Shown: positions 47,348 to 56,377 of the stretch, one piece after another | Layout of the letters: each line of letters opens with the position of its first letter | How positions within the stretch are numbered: the first letter of the stretch is position 1 | Source: Mycobacterium sp. | Lineage (GTDB): Bacteria > Actinomycetota > Actinomycetes > Mycobacteriales > Mycobacteriaceae | DNA: 64,000 bases | Direction of reading: 5' to 3' | Assembly (NCBI RefSeq): GCF_049278535.1 | Contig: NZ_JBAPMI010000157.1 | Coordinates: 2,792 to 66,791 of the forward strand | Notes under the pieces: model-generated | Told to the model about the DNA's origin: nothing | Database searches by the model: none | What the model saw: only the letters and a program-made list of their open reading frames with translations | Made by a program: the position numbers and the translations under genes

Positions 47348-48685
47348 ATGACTTCTGCGGCCCCCGGGATGTCGGGGCTGACGCCCCAGCAGATCAGCGC
47401 GATCGATGCGGCCCACCTGTGGCACCCCTACAGCACGATCGGGGGCTCGAATGCCGGCGCGGAGACGCTGAATGTGGTGGCGGTCGGCGCCCGCGGCGCC
47501 TGGCTGACGCTGGTCCGCGACGGCGAGCAGATTCAGGCAATCGACGCGATGAGCTCGTGGTGGACAGCCGTCCACGGTCATGGCCACCCCGCGCTGGATG
47601 CGGCGCTGACCAGGCAGCTCGCCACCATGAACCACGTCATGTTCGGCGGGCTCACCCACGAGCCGGCCGCTCGGCTGGCGCAGCTCCTCGTCGAGATCAC
47701 CCCGGCAGGTTTGGAGACGGTGTTCTTCAGTGACTCCGGGTCGGTGTCGGTTGAGGTCGCGGTGAAGATGGCGCTGCAGTACTGGCGCAGCCGCGGCCGG
47801 GTGGGCAAGCGCCGGCTGATGACTTGGCGCGGGGGATACCACGGCGACACCTTTACGCCGATGAGCATCTGCGACCCCGACGGCGGCATGCACAGCTTGT
47901 GGACCGACGTCCTTGCTCACCAGGTGTTCGCCCCGCAGGTGCCCCGTGATTACGACCCCGGCTACAGCGCGTCATTCGAGGCGCAGCTGGCCCGACACGC
48001 AGCCGAATTGGCCGCCGTGGTCGTCGAGCCGGTAGTCCAGGGCGCCGGCGGGATGCGGTTTCACGATCCGCGTTACCTGACCGACCTTCGCGACATCTGC
48101 CGACGGCACGACGTCCTGCTGGTCTTCGACGAGATCGCCACCGGATTCGGCCGCACCGGCGAATTGTTCGCCGCCGACCATGCCGGCGTCAGCCCCGACA
48201 TCATGTGCGTCGGCAAGGCGCTCACCGGCGGTTACCTCAGCTTGGCCGCCACGCTGTGCACCACCGACGTCGCGCACACGATCAGTTCCGGTGAAGCCGG
48301 AGCGCTGATGCACGGGCCCACGTTCATGGCCAATCCGCTGGCCTGCGCGGTATCGGTGGCTGCTGTCGAATTGCTGCTCGGCCAGGATTGGCGCTCGACG
48401 GTCGCCCAAGTCGGCACCGGACTGACCGCAGGTCTCGAGCCGGCGCGGGCGTTGCCGGGGGTGACCGACGTTCGGGTCTGTGGCGCCATCGGGGTCATCG
48501 AATGCGACCGCCCTGTTGACCTGGCGATCGCGACGCCGGCCGCGCTTGATCGGGGGGTCTGGCTGCGGCCGTTCCGCAACCTGGTGTACGCCATGCCGCC
48601 GTTCATCTGCACCCCCGACGAGATTGCGCAGGTCACCTCCGCGATGGTCGAGGTGGCCCGGCTGACCGGTTCTCGTAGGCTCTAG
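47348..48685 (+). CDS. bioA: adenosylmethionine-8-amino-7-oxononanoate aminotransferase BioA
   Basis: Class III aminotransferase. [29 protein letters not shown] and the PLP lysine in CVGKALTGG. Confidence 0.92.
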   Translation: MTSAAPGMSGLTPQQISAIDAAHLWHPYSTIGGSNAGAETLNVVAVGARGAWLTLVRDGEQIQAIDAMSSWWTAVHGHGHPALDAALTRQLATMNHVMFGGLTHEPAARLAQLLVEITPAGLETVFFSDSGSVSVEVAVKMALQYWRSRGRVGKRRLMTWRGGYHGDTFTPMSICDPDGGMHSLWTDVLAHQVFAPQVPRDYDPGYSASFEAQLARHAAELAAVVVEPVVQGAGGMRFHDPRYLTDLRDICRRHDVLLVFDEIATGFGRTGELFAADHAGVSPDIMCVGKALTGGYLSLAATLCTTDVAHTISSGEAGALMHGPTFMANPLACAVSVAAVELLLGQDWRSTVAQVGTGLTAGLEPARALPGVTDVRVCGAIGVIECDRPVDLAIATPAALDRGVWLRPFRNLVYAMPPFICTPDEIAQVTSAMVEVARLTGSRRL

Positions 48686-48689
48686 TGCG

Positions 48690-49838
48690 ATGACGCAGAT
48701 CGATACTTCGCCGTTGGCCTGGCTGGAGGCGCATGCTGAGGCGCGCCGCCAGGCCGGGCTGCGACGCGCGTTGCGGCCCCGGCCCGCGGTGGCCACTGAA
48801 CTCGACCTTGCGTCCAACGACTACTTGGGCCTGTCGCAGCATCCCCAGGTAATCGACGGCGGAGTGGACGCGCTGCGTACCTGGGGTGCGGGCGCGACCG
48901 GTTCCCGGCTGGTCACCGGCAACACCGCGCTGCACGAGGAGCTCGAAACCAGGCTTGCCGAATTCGTCGGTGCCGCAGCAGGTTTGGTATTCTCATCCGG
49001 ATACACCGCCAACCTGGGCGCGGTGGTAGGGCTGTCCGGGCCGGGTTCGCTGCTGGTCTCGGACGCCTACTCGCACGCCTCGCTGGTCGACGCCTGCCGG
49101 CTGTCGCGGGCGCGGGTGGTGGTGACCCCGCATCGCGACATCGACGCGGTCGAGACGGCATTGGCCTCCCGGAACGAGGAGCGGGCCGTCGTCATCACCG
49201 AGTCGGTGTTCTCCGCGGACGGCGCGCTGGCTCCGGTACGGCAGCTGCACGAGGTGTGCCGCAGGCACCGGGCGCTGCTCATCGTCGACGAGGCCCACGG
49301 ACTGGGTGTCCGAGGTCCCGGTGGCCGCGGGTTGCTGCACGAACTGGGATTGGCCGGCGCGCCCGATGTGGTGATGACCACCACGCTGTCCAAGGCGCTG
49401 GGCAGTCAGGGCGGCGCGGTGCTGGGGACCGTCGGGGTACGCGATCACCTGATCGACGTCGCCCGCCCGTTCATCTTCGATACCGGTTTGGCGCCGGCGG
49501 CAGTGGGCGCCGCCCTGGCGGCGTTGCGGGTGTTGACCGCGGACCCGTGGCGAAGCCAGGCGGTACTGCGACACGCGGGCACGCTGGCCGGCATCTGTGG
49601 AGTCGCGGAGATTCCGCAGTCCGCGGTGGTGTCGGTGATCCTCGGCGCGCCGGAGGTGGCGCTGGCCGCCGCGACGGCCTGTCTGGAAGCCGGCGTCCGG
49701 GTGGGCTGCTTCCGGCCGCCGACGGTGCCCGTAGGTACGTCGCGGCTGCGCCTGACCGCTCGCGCGTCGCTGGATCAGGACGACATCGAGCTGGCCCGCA
49801 CGGTGCTGACCGACGTGCTCGCCGCGGCCCGCCGTTGA
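48690..49838 (+). CDS. bioF: 8-amino-7-oxononanoate synthase BioF
   Basis: [15 protein letters not shown] and [11 protein letters not shown] (PLP lysine) motifs. Confidence 0.9.
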   Translation: MTQIDTSPLAWLEAHAEARRQAGLRRALRPRPAVATELDLASNDYLGLSQHPQVIDGGVDALRTWGAGATGSRLVTGNTALHEELETRLAEFVGAAAGLVFSSGYTANLGAVVGLSGPGSLLVSDAYSHASLVDACRLSRARVVVTPHRDIDAVETALASRNEERAVVITESVFSADGALAPVRQLHEVCRRHRALLIVDEAHGLGVRGPGGRGLLHELGLAGAPDVVMTTTLSKALGSQGGAVLGTVGVRDHLIDVARPFIFDTGLAPAAVGAALAALRVLTADPWRSQAVLRHAGTLAGICGVAEIPQSAVVSVILGAPEVALAAATACLEAGVRVGCFRPPTVPVGTSRLRLTARASLDQDDIELARTVLTDVLAAARR

Positions 49839-50515
49839 CGGTTCTGGTCGTCACCGGCACGGGGACCGGTGTCGGAAAGACCATCACCACCGCGGCCCTG
49901 GCAGCGTCAGCGCGCCACGCGGGTGTCGATGTCGCGGTCTGCAAGCCGGTGCAGACCGGTACCGACCTGGGCGATGACGACCTCGCCGAAGTGACGCGGC
50001 TCTCCGGGGTGAGCAAGGTCGTCGGGCTGGCGCGTTATCCGCAGCCGCTGGCTCCGTTGGCGGCCGCCGAGCAGGCCGGAAAACCTTTGCCCAGCCGCCG
50101 CGACATGCTCAAACTCATTCGCGCAGTGGACCGTCGGGGTCAGCTGACCCTGGTCGAGGGTGCCGGCGGTTTGCTGGTCGAGATCGCCGAGGCCGGCACG
50201 AGTTTGCGAGACCTTGCGGCTGATCTGGGTGCCGCCGCGCTGGTGGTTGCCACCGCTGAGCTCGGCACGCTCAACCACACCGCATTGACAGTGGAGTCGC
50301 TTGCAGCGCATGGAATTTCCTGCTCGGGTCTGGTGATCGGCAACTGGCCGCAGCAGCCCGGAGTGTTGGAAACCTCGAACCGGTCGGCGTTGGCGCGCCT
50401 GGCGCCGCTGCGTGCCGCGCTGCCCGCCGGTGCGGGGTCGATGAATTCCGGCGAGTTCGTCGCGATGAGCGCGCACGCATTCGACCGGGCCTGGGTCACC
50501 AGTCTGGTCAGCTGA
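49835..50515 (+). CDS. bioD: dethiobiotin synthetase BioD
   Basis: P-loop [15 protein letters not shown] at 49835 overlaps the bioF TGA (TTGA) and gives 226 aa. The track ORF upstream overlaps bioF in another frame. Confidence 0.88.
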   Translation: MTVLVVTGTGTGVGKTITTAALAASARHAGVDVAVCKPVQTGTDLGDDDLAEVTRLSGVSKVVGLARYPQPLAPLAAAEQAGKPLPSRRDMLKLIRAVDRRGQLTLVEGAGGLLVEIAEAGTSLRDLAADLGAAALVVATAELGTLNHTALTVESLAAHGISCSGLVIGNWPQQPGVLETSNRSALARLAPLRAALPAGAGSMNSGEFVAMSAHAFDRAWVTSLVS

Positions 50516-51024
50516 TGGTGCACTCCATCGAGCTGCTCTTCGATCGAGACACCGAGGCGACTCTGCGGCGCATGTGGGACGACCTGTCCGTTGCGGACCT
50601 ACCCGGCAGGACTCCGGCCGGCCGGCCGCACGTGACGCTGGCGGTGGCCGAGCGGATCGAGCCCGACGTCGACGCTCTGCTGCGGCCGGTCGCGCAACGC
50701 CTGCCGCTGGGCTGCACGGTCGGGGCACCGCTGCTGTTCGGACAATCGAACGCCGTCCTTGCCCGGCTTGTCGTGCCGTCGGCCGAACTGCTCGCTCTGC
50801 ACGCCGAGGTGCACCGAATCTGCGGCCAGCATCTGCGGCCCGGACCGTTGCCGCACAGCCTGCCCGGTCAGTGGACGGCGCACGTCACGCTGGCTCGCCG
50901 AGTCGAGGATGCGCGACTCGGCCCCGTTCTGCGCGTGGCAGGCCTGCCGTCAGAGATCCGGGGCAGCCTCACCGGTCTGCGTCGATGGGATGGCACCGAA
51001 CGCGTCGAGCATCCGATCGGCTGA
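50515..51024 (+). CDS. 2H phosphoesterase (2'-5' RNA ligase-like) superfamily protein (Rv1571-like)
   Basis: Two H-x-T motifs (RPHVTLAV and TAHVTLAR), 169 aa. The ATG overlaps the bioD TGA. Confidence 0.65.
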   Translation: MVHSIELLFDRDTEATLRRMWDDLSVADLPGRTPAGRPHVTLAVAERIEPDVDALLRPVAQRLPLGCTVGAPLLFGQSNAVLARLVVPSAELLALHAEVHRICGQHLRPGPLPHSLPGQWTAHVTLARRVEDARLGPVLRVAGLPSEIRGSLTGLRRWDGTERVEHPIG

Positions 51025-51025
51025 T

Positions 51026-52213
51026 CTACTTTCCGCTGCTGCCAGGGCTCGAGCCGCCGCCCGCGGTGTAGGAGGCCTTGCCGGTACCGGCCAACGCTCC
51101 GCCGGCCACGATCAGGTACTCGTCACGGATCGGCTTGTCGGCGAAAAAATCCTCGAGAATCTCGCGAGCGCCCGCGGCGTACCGGGCCTGCGCCGACAGC
51201 GTCGTGCCCGAGATGTGTGGCGTCATGGCATTGTTCGGCATCGCGCGCCACGGATGGTCGGCCGGTGGCGGCTGCGGGTACCACACGTCGCCGGCGTAGC
51301 CGGCCAGCTGACCGCTCTTCAACGCGGCGACAACCGCGTCGCGCACGCAGATCTCGGCGCGCGCAGTGTTGACGATGTAGGAGCCCCGCCGCATCGATGC
51401 CAGCAGCTTTTCATCGAACAAGTGGTAGGTCTGCGGGTGCAGCGGAGCGTGGATGGACACCACGTCGACGGCACGCACCAGCGAAGCGGCGTCGGGGTGA
51501 TAGGTGACGCCCAATTCCTTTTCGGCCTTCTCTGGGAGCCGCCTGGTGTCGGTGTAGTGCAGGTTGACATCGAAGGGGGCCATCCGCCGCAACACGGCTT
51601 GTCCGATGCGGCCCGCGGCGATCACCCCGACGTCCATGCCTTCGACGTCGTAGGCGCGCTCAACGCAGTCGGCGATGTTCCAGCCGCCGTCAGCCGCCCA
51701 CTGGTGGGAGGGGACGAAATTGCGCACCAGTGCCAGGATCTGCATGACTGCGTGCTCGGCGACACTGATGCTGTTGCAGAAGGTGACTTCGGCGACGGTG
51801 ATTCCGCGGGCGATCGCCGCGTCGAGGTCGACGTGGTCGGAGCCGATCCCCGCGGTCAGGGCCAGCTTGAGCTTCTTCGCTTTGCCGATCCGCTCAGCGG
51901 TCAAATATGCCGGCCAAAATGGTTGCGAGATCACGACATCGGCGTCGGGCAGCTCCCGTTCGAACTCCGAGTCGGGGCCGTCCTTGTCGGAGGTGACGAC
52001 CAGCTGATGGCCGCCGTCTTCGAGGAATTTGCGCAACCCCAGGGCACCTGACACACAGCCCACCAGATCGCCGGGGGTGAAGTCGATCGCCGACGGGCTC
52101 GGCACGGTCTGGCCGTCGGGATAGCCACTGATCGACGGGATGCTGTCACGCGCATACACCGGGGGATAGCCGGTGACCGGGTCCGGATAGAGAACCAGCA
52201 GTACCTTGGCCAT
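51026..52213 (-). CDS. fdh: NAD-dependent formate dehydrogenase
   Basis: Long colinear identity with the Pseudomonas sp. 101 / M. vaccae FDH sequence as I recall it (MAKVL.VLY.DP..GYP, VVTSDKDGPDS.FEREL.DADVVISQPFWPAYLT, GDVW.PQP.P.DHPWR.MP.N.MTPHISGTTL.AQARYAAG.REILE.FF...PIRDEYLIV.GGALAGTG). Confidence 0.92.
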   Translation of the reverse strand: MAKVLLVLYPDPVTGYPPVYARDSIPSISGYPDGQTVPSPSAIDFTPGDLVGCVSGALGLRKFLEDGGHQLVVTSDKDGPDSEFERELPDADVVISQPFWPAYLTAERIGKAKKLKLALTAGIGSDHVDLDAAIARGITVAEVTFCNSISVAEHAVMQILALVRNFVPSHQWAADGGWNIADCVERAYDVEGMDVGVIAAGRIGQAVLRRMAPFDVNLHYTDTRRLPEKAEKELGVTYHPDAASLVRAVDVVSIHAPLHPQTYHLFDEKLLASMRRGSYIVNTARAEICVRDAVVAALKSGQLAGYAGDVWYPQPPPADHPWRAMPNNAMTPHISGTTLSAQARYAAGAREILEDFFADKPIRDEYLIVAGGALAGTGKASYTAGGGSSPGSSGK

Positions 52214-52315
52214 GACTTTGTCCTTTTCTCCTGTGCCTGCCCGACGGGATTCTGTAAGCCTTCACCACCGCGGTCACCAACAGCCGGGCAGGGGTCCCCT
52301 CCCGTTGACGACAGG

Positions 52316-53674
52316 TCAGGCGCTGAAGAGTAGGTACAACCCGGTGAACGTGTAACCGACCATGACCAGCATCATGGTCAGCTGGCCGGTGAGTTGGTGA
52401 CCCTTCGGTAGTAGGCGCAGCGCTTTGTCATGCGCCGCGATCACCGCGACGATGTGCCCGGTGACCACCGACGTCACCTTGACCACCGCCAACACCGTCG
52501 GGTGCAGCGACAGCACATAGGCGACGTGTAAATGCCCCAGCCCGAGCAGGTTCCAGCCCTTGCCGAGCGGATCGGCGAGGGCGAACACCGCCTGCTGTCC
52601 TCGCTCGACCAGATAGGAGAGGTAGTGCGCGAAGATGTAGCCGACCACGATCGGAATCAGCGAATGCGCGAGCTGGCCGGGTAAGGCGCGACGCTGTTCA
52701 CGTTCGACTCCGCCCGTCGCTCGGGCGGCAAGCGAAAAAGTGGTCGCCACCACCGCGATGAACAGCAGCAGTCCGACAGTGCGCAGCCCGGACAACGAAA
52801 CCGATACCGGCACAGCGTGAATACCACGGGCGAGCCCGTCGGCGAAGTTACGCCAGGTCGCCGACGACGAGAAGCTGTCGAACGCGGTGGAGCCGAGCAG
52901 CACCGCCAACACGACGACGATGCCCGGCCGAATGGGTAGCGACAGCAGGTGATCGAACGGGTTGCCGATCGCGATGCGCCCGCCCTCCCGGTCGCGCCGA
53001 AAGGGCGATAGCCGCGAGACCGCCATGCTGTATACGCCGAACGGGTCTGCGCGGGCGAACCAGCGTTGCCCGCATAGCCATGCTCCGATCAACAGCACCG
53101 CGGCGTAGATCAGCAGCCAGGTCTTGACCCATGCCAGAGCCGCAGGGTTGGGGCTGGCCAATTCCATCCATACGAACGTGAACAAGCCGACCGCAGCCGG
53201 CCGGTACCCCCAGGATTCCGGGTAGGACAGCCGCGGCCTGGCGATGCGTTCCGGTGTAATGCGTTGCAGCAGTTGGTACACCGTGCGCACCGGTGAGACG
53301 ACCCGCCAAACCGGGCCGAAGAGTAGCGAAGTCGCCACCAGGCCAACCCACAGCAGCACGTAGAAGACGCCGAGCAGCGCGTTGGCCTGAGTCTGCGGAC
53401 CCCATAACCCGGCCAGCAGCACCCATCCGGTGAACCCCAGCGCCGTACCCGCGGCAACGCCGCGGGTAACACGTGAGTCCACGAAAGTCGTCACCGCCTC
53501 CGGAAGCGGGCGAGCGGGGTTGTCCGGGTCAAATCGCGGCCGGCGCCAGGCGAACGCGACCAGGGCGAAGGTGAAGGTCAACGCCCAAGCCGCACCGATC
53601 ACCGAAAAGGCATACGGCACAGGCAGATCGCTCGACCCGCCAAGGCCGTGCGCGACGATGACCGAATCGGTCAC
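52316..53674 (-). CDS. polytopic membrane protein, unknown family (N-terminal AHGLGGSSDLPVP motif)
   Basis: About 10 hydrophobic helices. GTG at 53674 overlaps the stop of the upstream lipoprotein gene (GTGA). Confidence 0.6.
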   Translation of the reverse strand: MTDSVIVAHGLGGSSDLPVPYAFSVIGAAWALTFTFALVAFAWRRPRFDPDNPARPLPEAVTTFVDSRVTRGVAAGTALGFTGWVLLAGLWGPQTQANALLGVFYVLLWVGLVATSLLFGPVWRVVSPVRTVYQLLQRITPERIARPRLSYPESWGYRPAAVGLFTFVWMELASPNPAALAWVKTWLLIYAAVLLIGAWLCGQRWFARADPFGVYSMAVSRLSPFRRDREGGRIAIGNPFDHLLSLPIRPGIVVVLAVLLGSTAFDSFSSSATWRNFADGLARGIHAVPVSVSLSGLRTVGLLLFIAVVATTFSLAARATGGVEREQRRALPGQLAHSLIPIVVGYIFAHYLSYLVERGQQAVFALADPLGKGWNLLGLGHLHVAYVLSLHPTVLAVVKVTSVVTGHIVAVIAAHDKALRLLPKGHQLTGQLTMMLVMVGYTFTGLYLLFSA

Positions 53675-54045
53675 GGATGCACGTGGATGGTGGCCACGGT
53701 GCGGTCGAGATGGTGCAGTTCGACCTCGACGCTGCCCGGTACGTCAACGCTGAATTGGAACGTCTGGTTGGCCGCCGCGGCCACCTCGAATTTGTGATCG
53801 GGCACCGAATGCACGTGCAACTCGTCGGTGGCGTCGCTGGTGACATGCAGCGTGATCGGCTGACGAACCGTAGCCTGCATCGTCGCGTTGGCCGGCGTCA
53901 CCTGACCATGCGCGATGGTGATGTCGATCGTCAGCCCGGCACCGCCGGCCGGCTTCGATGCACCGCCGCACCCGGCCAGGGCGACTAACAGTGTCGAAAC
54001 CGCAACAGAGAAAAGCGCTTTGCGAATTCCCCGCAACGCGCTCAC
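53671..54045 (-). CDS. His-rich lipoprotein, cupredoxin/EfeO-N-like fold suspected
   Basis: GTG at 54045 overlaps the upstream TGA (GTGA). Signal peptide with lipobox LVALAGC. The mature part is a beta-sandwich-like pattern of about 95 aa with 8 His in the last 60 aa (LHV, HVHS, DH, ELHH, HVHP). Confidence 0.6.
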   Translation of the reverse strand: MSALRGIRKALFSVAVSTLLVALAGCGGASKPAGGAGLTIDITIAHGQVTPANATMQATVRQPITLHVTSDATDELHVHSVPDHKFEVAAAANQTFQFSVDVPGSVEVELHHLDRTVATIHVHP

Positions 54046-55898
54046 GCTGCCCGCGGCGGCGAGTGCTCCACAGCCTCTTCGCCGGGTTCGTTCGGCGCAT
54101 TCTCCGAGTTGTTGATCCGTCCGGCACCCCACGTCAGCGCGGTGATCACACAAAGCGTGAAGAACAACACGACGATGCCGCCCGCGGTGAACAGCCACGC
54201 GGGAACGCCAGGATCGCGTTCGCGCTGCAAGATCGCGACTTCGAAGGCGAACGGCCGGGTGCCGTTGCTCAACACCGGGATCTCGGGCACTGGGATGGCG
54301 GAGTCGGCCGGCGCCCAGATCGGCACCGCCGCCAAGTCACGGCCGTCGTGCACCCGCAACAGTGTCTTCCAGTCACCCCACACCGGAATTGGTTCTGTGG
54401 ACACGTAGTGGCCGGGTCCGACCTTTTGCAGCCGGTTGATCACCAGGCCACGGTGGTTCTGCATCTTGCCCTGCCACGCCAAGATCGTGACCCAGTCCGG
54501 ATGGTCGCCGGCCATGTTGGGTGGGTTGAGTTGCACATCGGCCGACGCGAGCCGCTGTCCGGCCGGACTGGGCAGGTCGGTCAGCTTGACCGTCGCCGAG
54601 TCCTGCTTCGGCACGTTGATGTGCAGTCCGTTGGCGACGGTGCCACCGATGACAAGCACCGTCAGTGCTACCGCGGTGATGCCGAAGGCGCGACCCGGCA
54701 AACGCTGACTGGTGAGCACCATGCCGACCAATGCCGCGCACACTCCGGCCAAGATCGCCACCGGCACCGCCGTCGGCAGCGCCTCGCGCCACAGGTCGAC
54801 TGGCCACGGGTAGTGGTACACCTTGCCGATCCACAGCGACTCGAGCCACAGACCTGCCGTGCCGATGCCAAGTCCAGACACGGCGCCGAACAGAATCGGG
54901 CGGCGGAAAAGCGGTGTCAGGGCGAGCAATTCGACGACCAGTGCCGGCCCGAGATAGAGCGGGAACCAGTTGATCGCAGCGCCGAGGATCGGCCCGACGA
55001 TTACCGCGACGGCCCCCCGCAGCCCAATCGCGAACAGCGCCGCGATGATCGCCGCGCCTCTACCCAGGGTCATGCGGGCGATGATCGTCCCGATCGCCGC
55101 CGCCGCGGCGATCAACATCGGCTGGAAGACCAGTCGGAACTGCGGCACGCCGAAGTCGAACTCGATTTGGTAGACCGACATTCCGATCAGGAGGCCGCCG
55201 CATGACAGGTAGCGGAGGACTTTGATGAACGGCCCGTCGTGGCGCTCCAGCGCTTCGTCGGCGGGCGTGTCTTCGGTCTTGCGCGCGCCCTCGTACTCCA
55301 GCATCAGCACCGCGAACAGCGAGAAGTTCGCACCACCGATCATCATCAGATGGGTTGGACCCCAAAGCGTTACGTCCTGGCCGAAGATGCGGTGCCAAAC
55401 GTCGTCGAGCGGAAAGCCGATCATCGCGTACAGGCCGCAACCGGCCATCAGCAACCCGCCGACCGGGGCGTACCAGTTGCGGGTGATGCGTACAGCGGCC
55501 GGACCTGGCTTGTCGAACGGCAGCACCACCGAAATCATGCCCGCCAGGAAAATGCCGAACAGCCCGATGATGATGAAGTAGTGCGCCGGGTTCGCCAACG
55601 GACCCGGGTCGCGACCGTTTCCGATGTGCCAGCTGACATCCCAAATGAAACCGAACAGAGCGCAGATGATCGACGATGTGAAAACCAGGATGGGCAGCGC
55701 GACCCAGGACGGCCGGTTGAACTTGTGTCCCAGCCGCTCGGCGATCGTGTTGAACCAGGTGATCCGGTGCGTGCGATGGGCCCATCCGACGTACAACAGC
55801 ACCACGCCGATGATCATCGCGGCGAACGACAGGCCTATCACCTGGTTGAGGCCTGCGCCGCGCGCCGGCGGCTCCGCTGCCAGAAGTGTCAGCTCCAC
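54042..55898 (-). CDS. large polytopic membrane protein with C-terminal extracytoplasmic domain and terminal anchor helix, unknown family
   Basis: More than 10 helices, then a non-hydrophobic segment of about 170 aa (VANGLHINVP...RDPGVPAW), then one final helix. GTG at 55898 is preceded by GGGAGG-N6. The track start at 55913 is also possible. Confidence 0.65.
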   Translation of the reverse strand: MELTLLAAEPPARGAGLNQVIGLSFAAMIIGVVLLYVGWAHRTHRITWFNTIAERLGHKFNRPSWVALPILVFTSSIICALFGFIWDVSWHIGNGRDPGPLANPAHYFIIIGLFGIFLAGMISVVLPFDKPGPAAVRITRNWYAPVGGLLMAGCGLYAMIGFPLDDVWHRIFGQDVTLWGPTHLMMIGGANFSLFAVLMLEYEGARKTEDTPADEALERHDGPFIKVLRYLSCGGLLIGMSVYQIEFDFGVPQFRLVFQPMLIAAAAAIGTIIARMTLGRGAAIIAALFAIGLRGAVAVIVGPILGAAINWFPLYLGPALVVELLALTPLFRRPILFGAVSGLGIGTAGLWLESLWIGKVYHYPWPVDLWREALPTAVPVAILAGVCAALVGMVLTSQRLPGRAFGITAVALTVLVIGGTVANGLHINVPKQDSATVKLTDLPSPAGQRLASADVQLNPPNMAGDHPDWVTILAWQGKMQNHRGLVINRLQKVGPGHYVSTEPIPVWGDWKTLLRVHDGRDLAAVPIWAPADSAIPVPEIPVLSNGTRPFAFEVAILQRERDPGVPAWLFTAGGIVVLFFTLCVITALTWGAGRINNSENAPNEPGEEAVEHSPPRAA

Positions 55899-55936
55899 CG
55901 TGATACCTCCCACCGCGACGGACCGCCCACAGTTCT

Positions 55937-55990
55937 CGGGCGCTCAACTTACTTCACAGTAGGTAGCCTGCGGGCGCTCCGCTCAAACTT
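55937..55990. repeat. direct repeat CGGGCGCTC (two copies, 34 nt apart) flanking an imperfect inverted repeat
   Basis: CGGGCGCTCAACTT (55937-55950) and CGGGCGCTCCGCTCAAACTT (55971-55990). ACTTAC-ttcaca-GTAGGT lies between them, in the gap upstream of the 54042-55898 gene. Confidence 0.5.
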
Positions 55991-56014
55991 CGGTCGATTT
56001 GCTGTCGGCGTGTT

Positions 56015-56188
56015 TCAGTCACGCCGTTCGTCGGTCGAGGCCTGTTGATCGTCATCGGGAGTGCGCCGGTCTTTGATCGCGACGTACAACACAACGCCGA
56101 CGACGACCACCGCCGGCAAGAACGCCGGCCCGGCCAGCAGAAGCCAATGATGAGACACGTATTCAACGTGTGCACTAGCCAATTGCAT
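56015..56188 (-). CDS. possible 57-aa single-pass membrane protein (below the track size cutoff)
   Basis: My own translation is MQLASAHVEYVSHHWLLLAGPAFLPAVVVVGVVLYVAIKDRRTPDDDQQASTDERRD-stop. It has one hydrophobic helix and a charged tail, and GGGAG just upstream of the ATG. Confidence 0.35.
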   Translation of the reverse strand: MQLASAHVEYVSHHWLLLAGPAFLPAVVVVGVVLYVAIKDRRTPDDDQQASTDERRD

Positions 56189-56377
56189 TCACTCCCGGGG
56201 CTCTGTTGCCTACCCCGGTCGGGTACCCAGCGACCGCCGCATCGACCACATCACGTTTGTGCAGGTGCACACCGCTAGCCTAGCCTGGGCACCGGTCAAC
56301 GCTGGTTGCGAGAAGCCCTGGTCCGCTGCGTCCCGGATGCGTGGACAGGACAAAGACGAAGATCTAAGGAGTAGCTG

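Noticed and set aside
49256-49834. Upstream part of the 419-aa track ORF that contains bioD
   Set aside because: It overlaps bioF in another frame. The BioD P-loop begins immediately after the TTG at 49835, giving the expected 226 aa.
51022-51028. Convergent genes ending 1 nt apart. Similar cases are 33483-33490 (2-nt gap), 18383-18392 (10-bp overlap) and 58275-58280 (6-bp overlap).
   Set aside because: Tight or overlapping convergent ends with no room for a terminator are common in compact GC-rich actinobacterial genomes. They are noted but not treated as special.
52214-52315. 8-bp inverted repeat CCTGCCCG ... CGGGCAGG with a loop of about 40 nt, in the fdh upstream region
   Set aside because: It is a short stem with a very long loop in GC-rich DNA and is plausible by chance. 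No supporting feature was seen.
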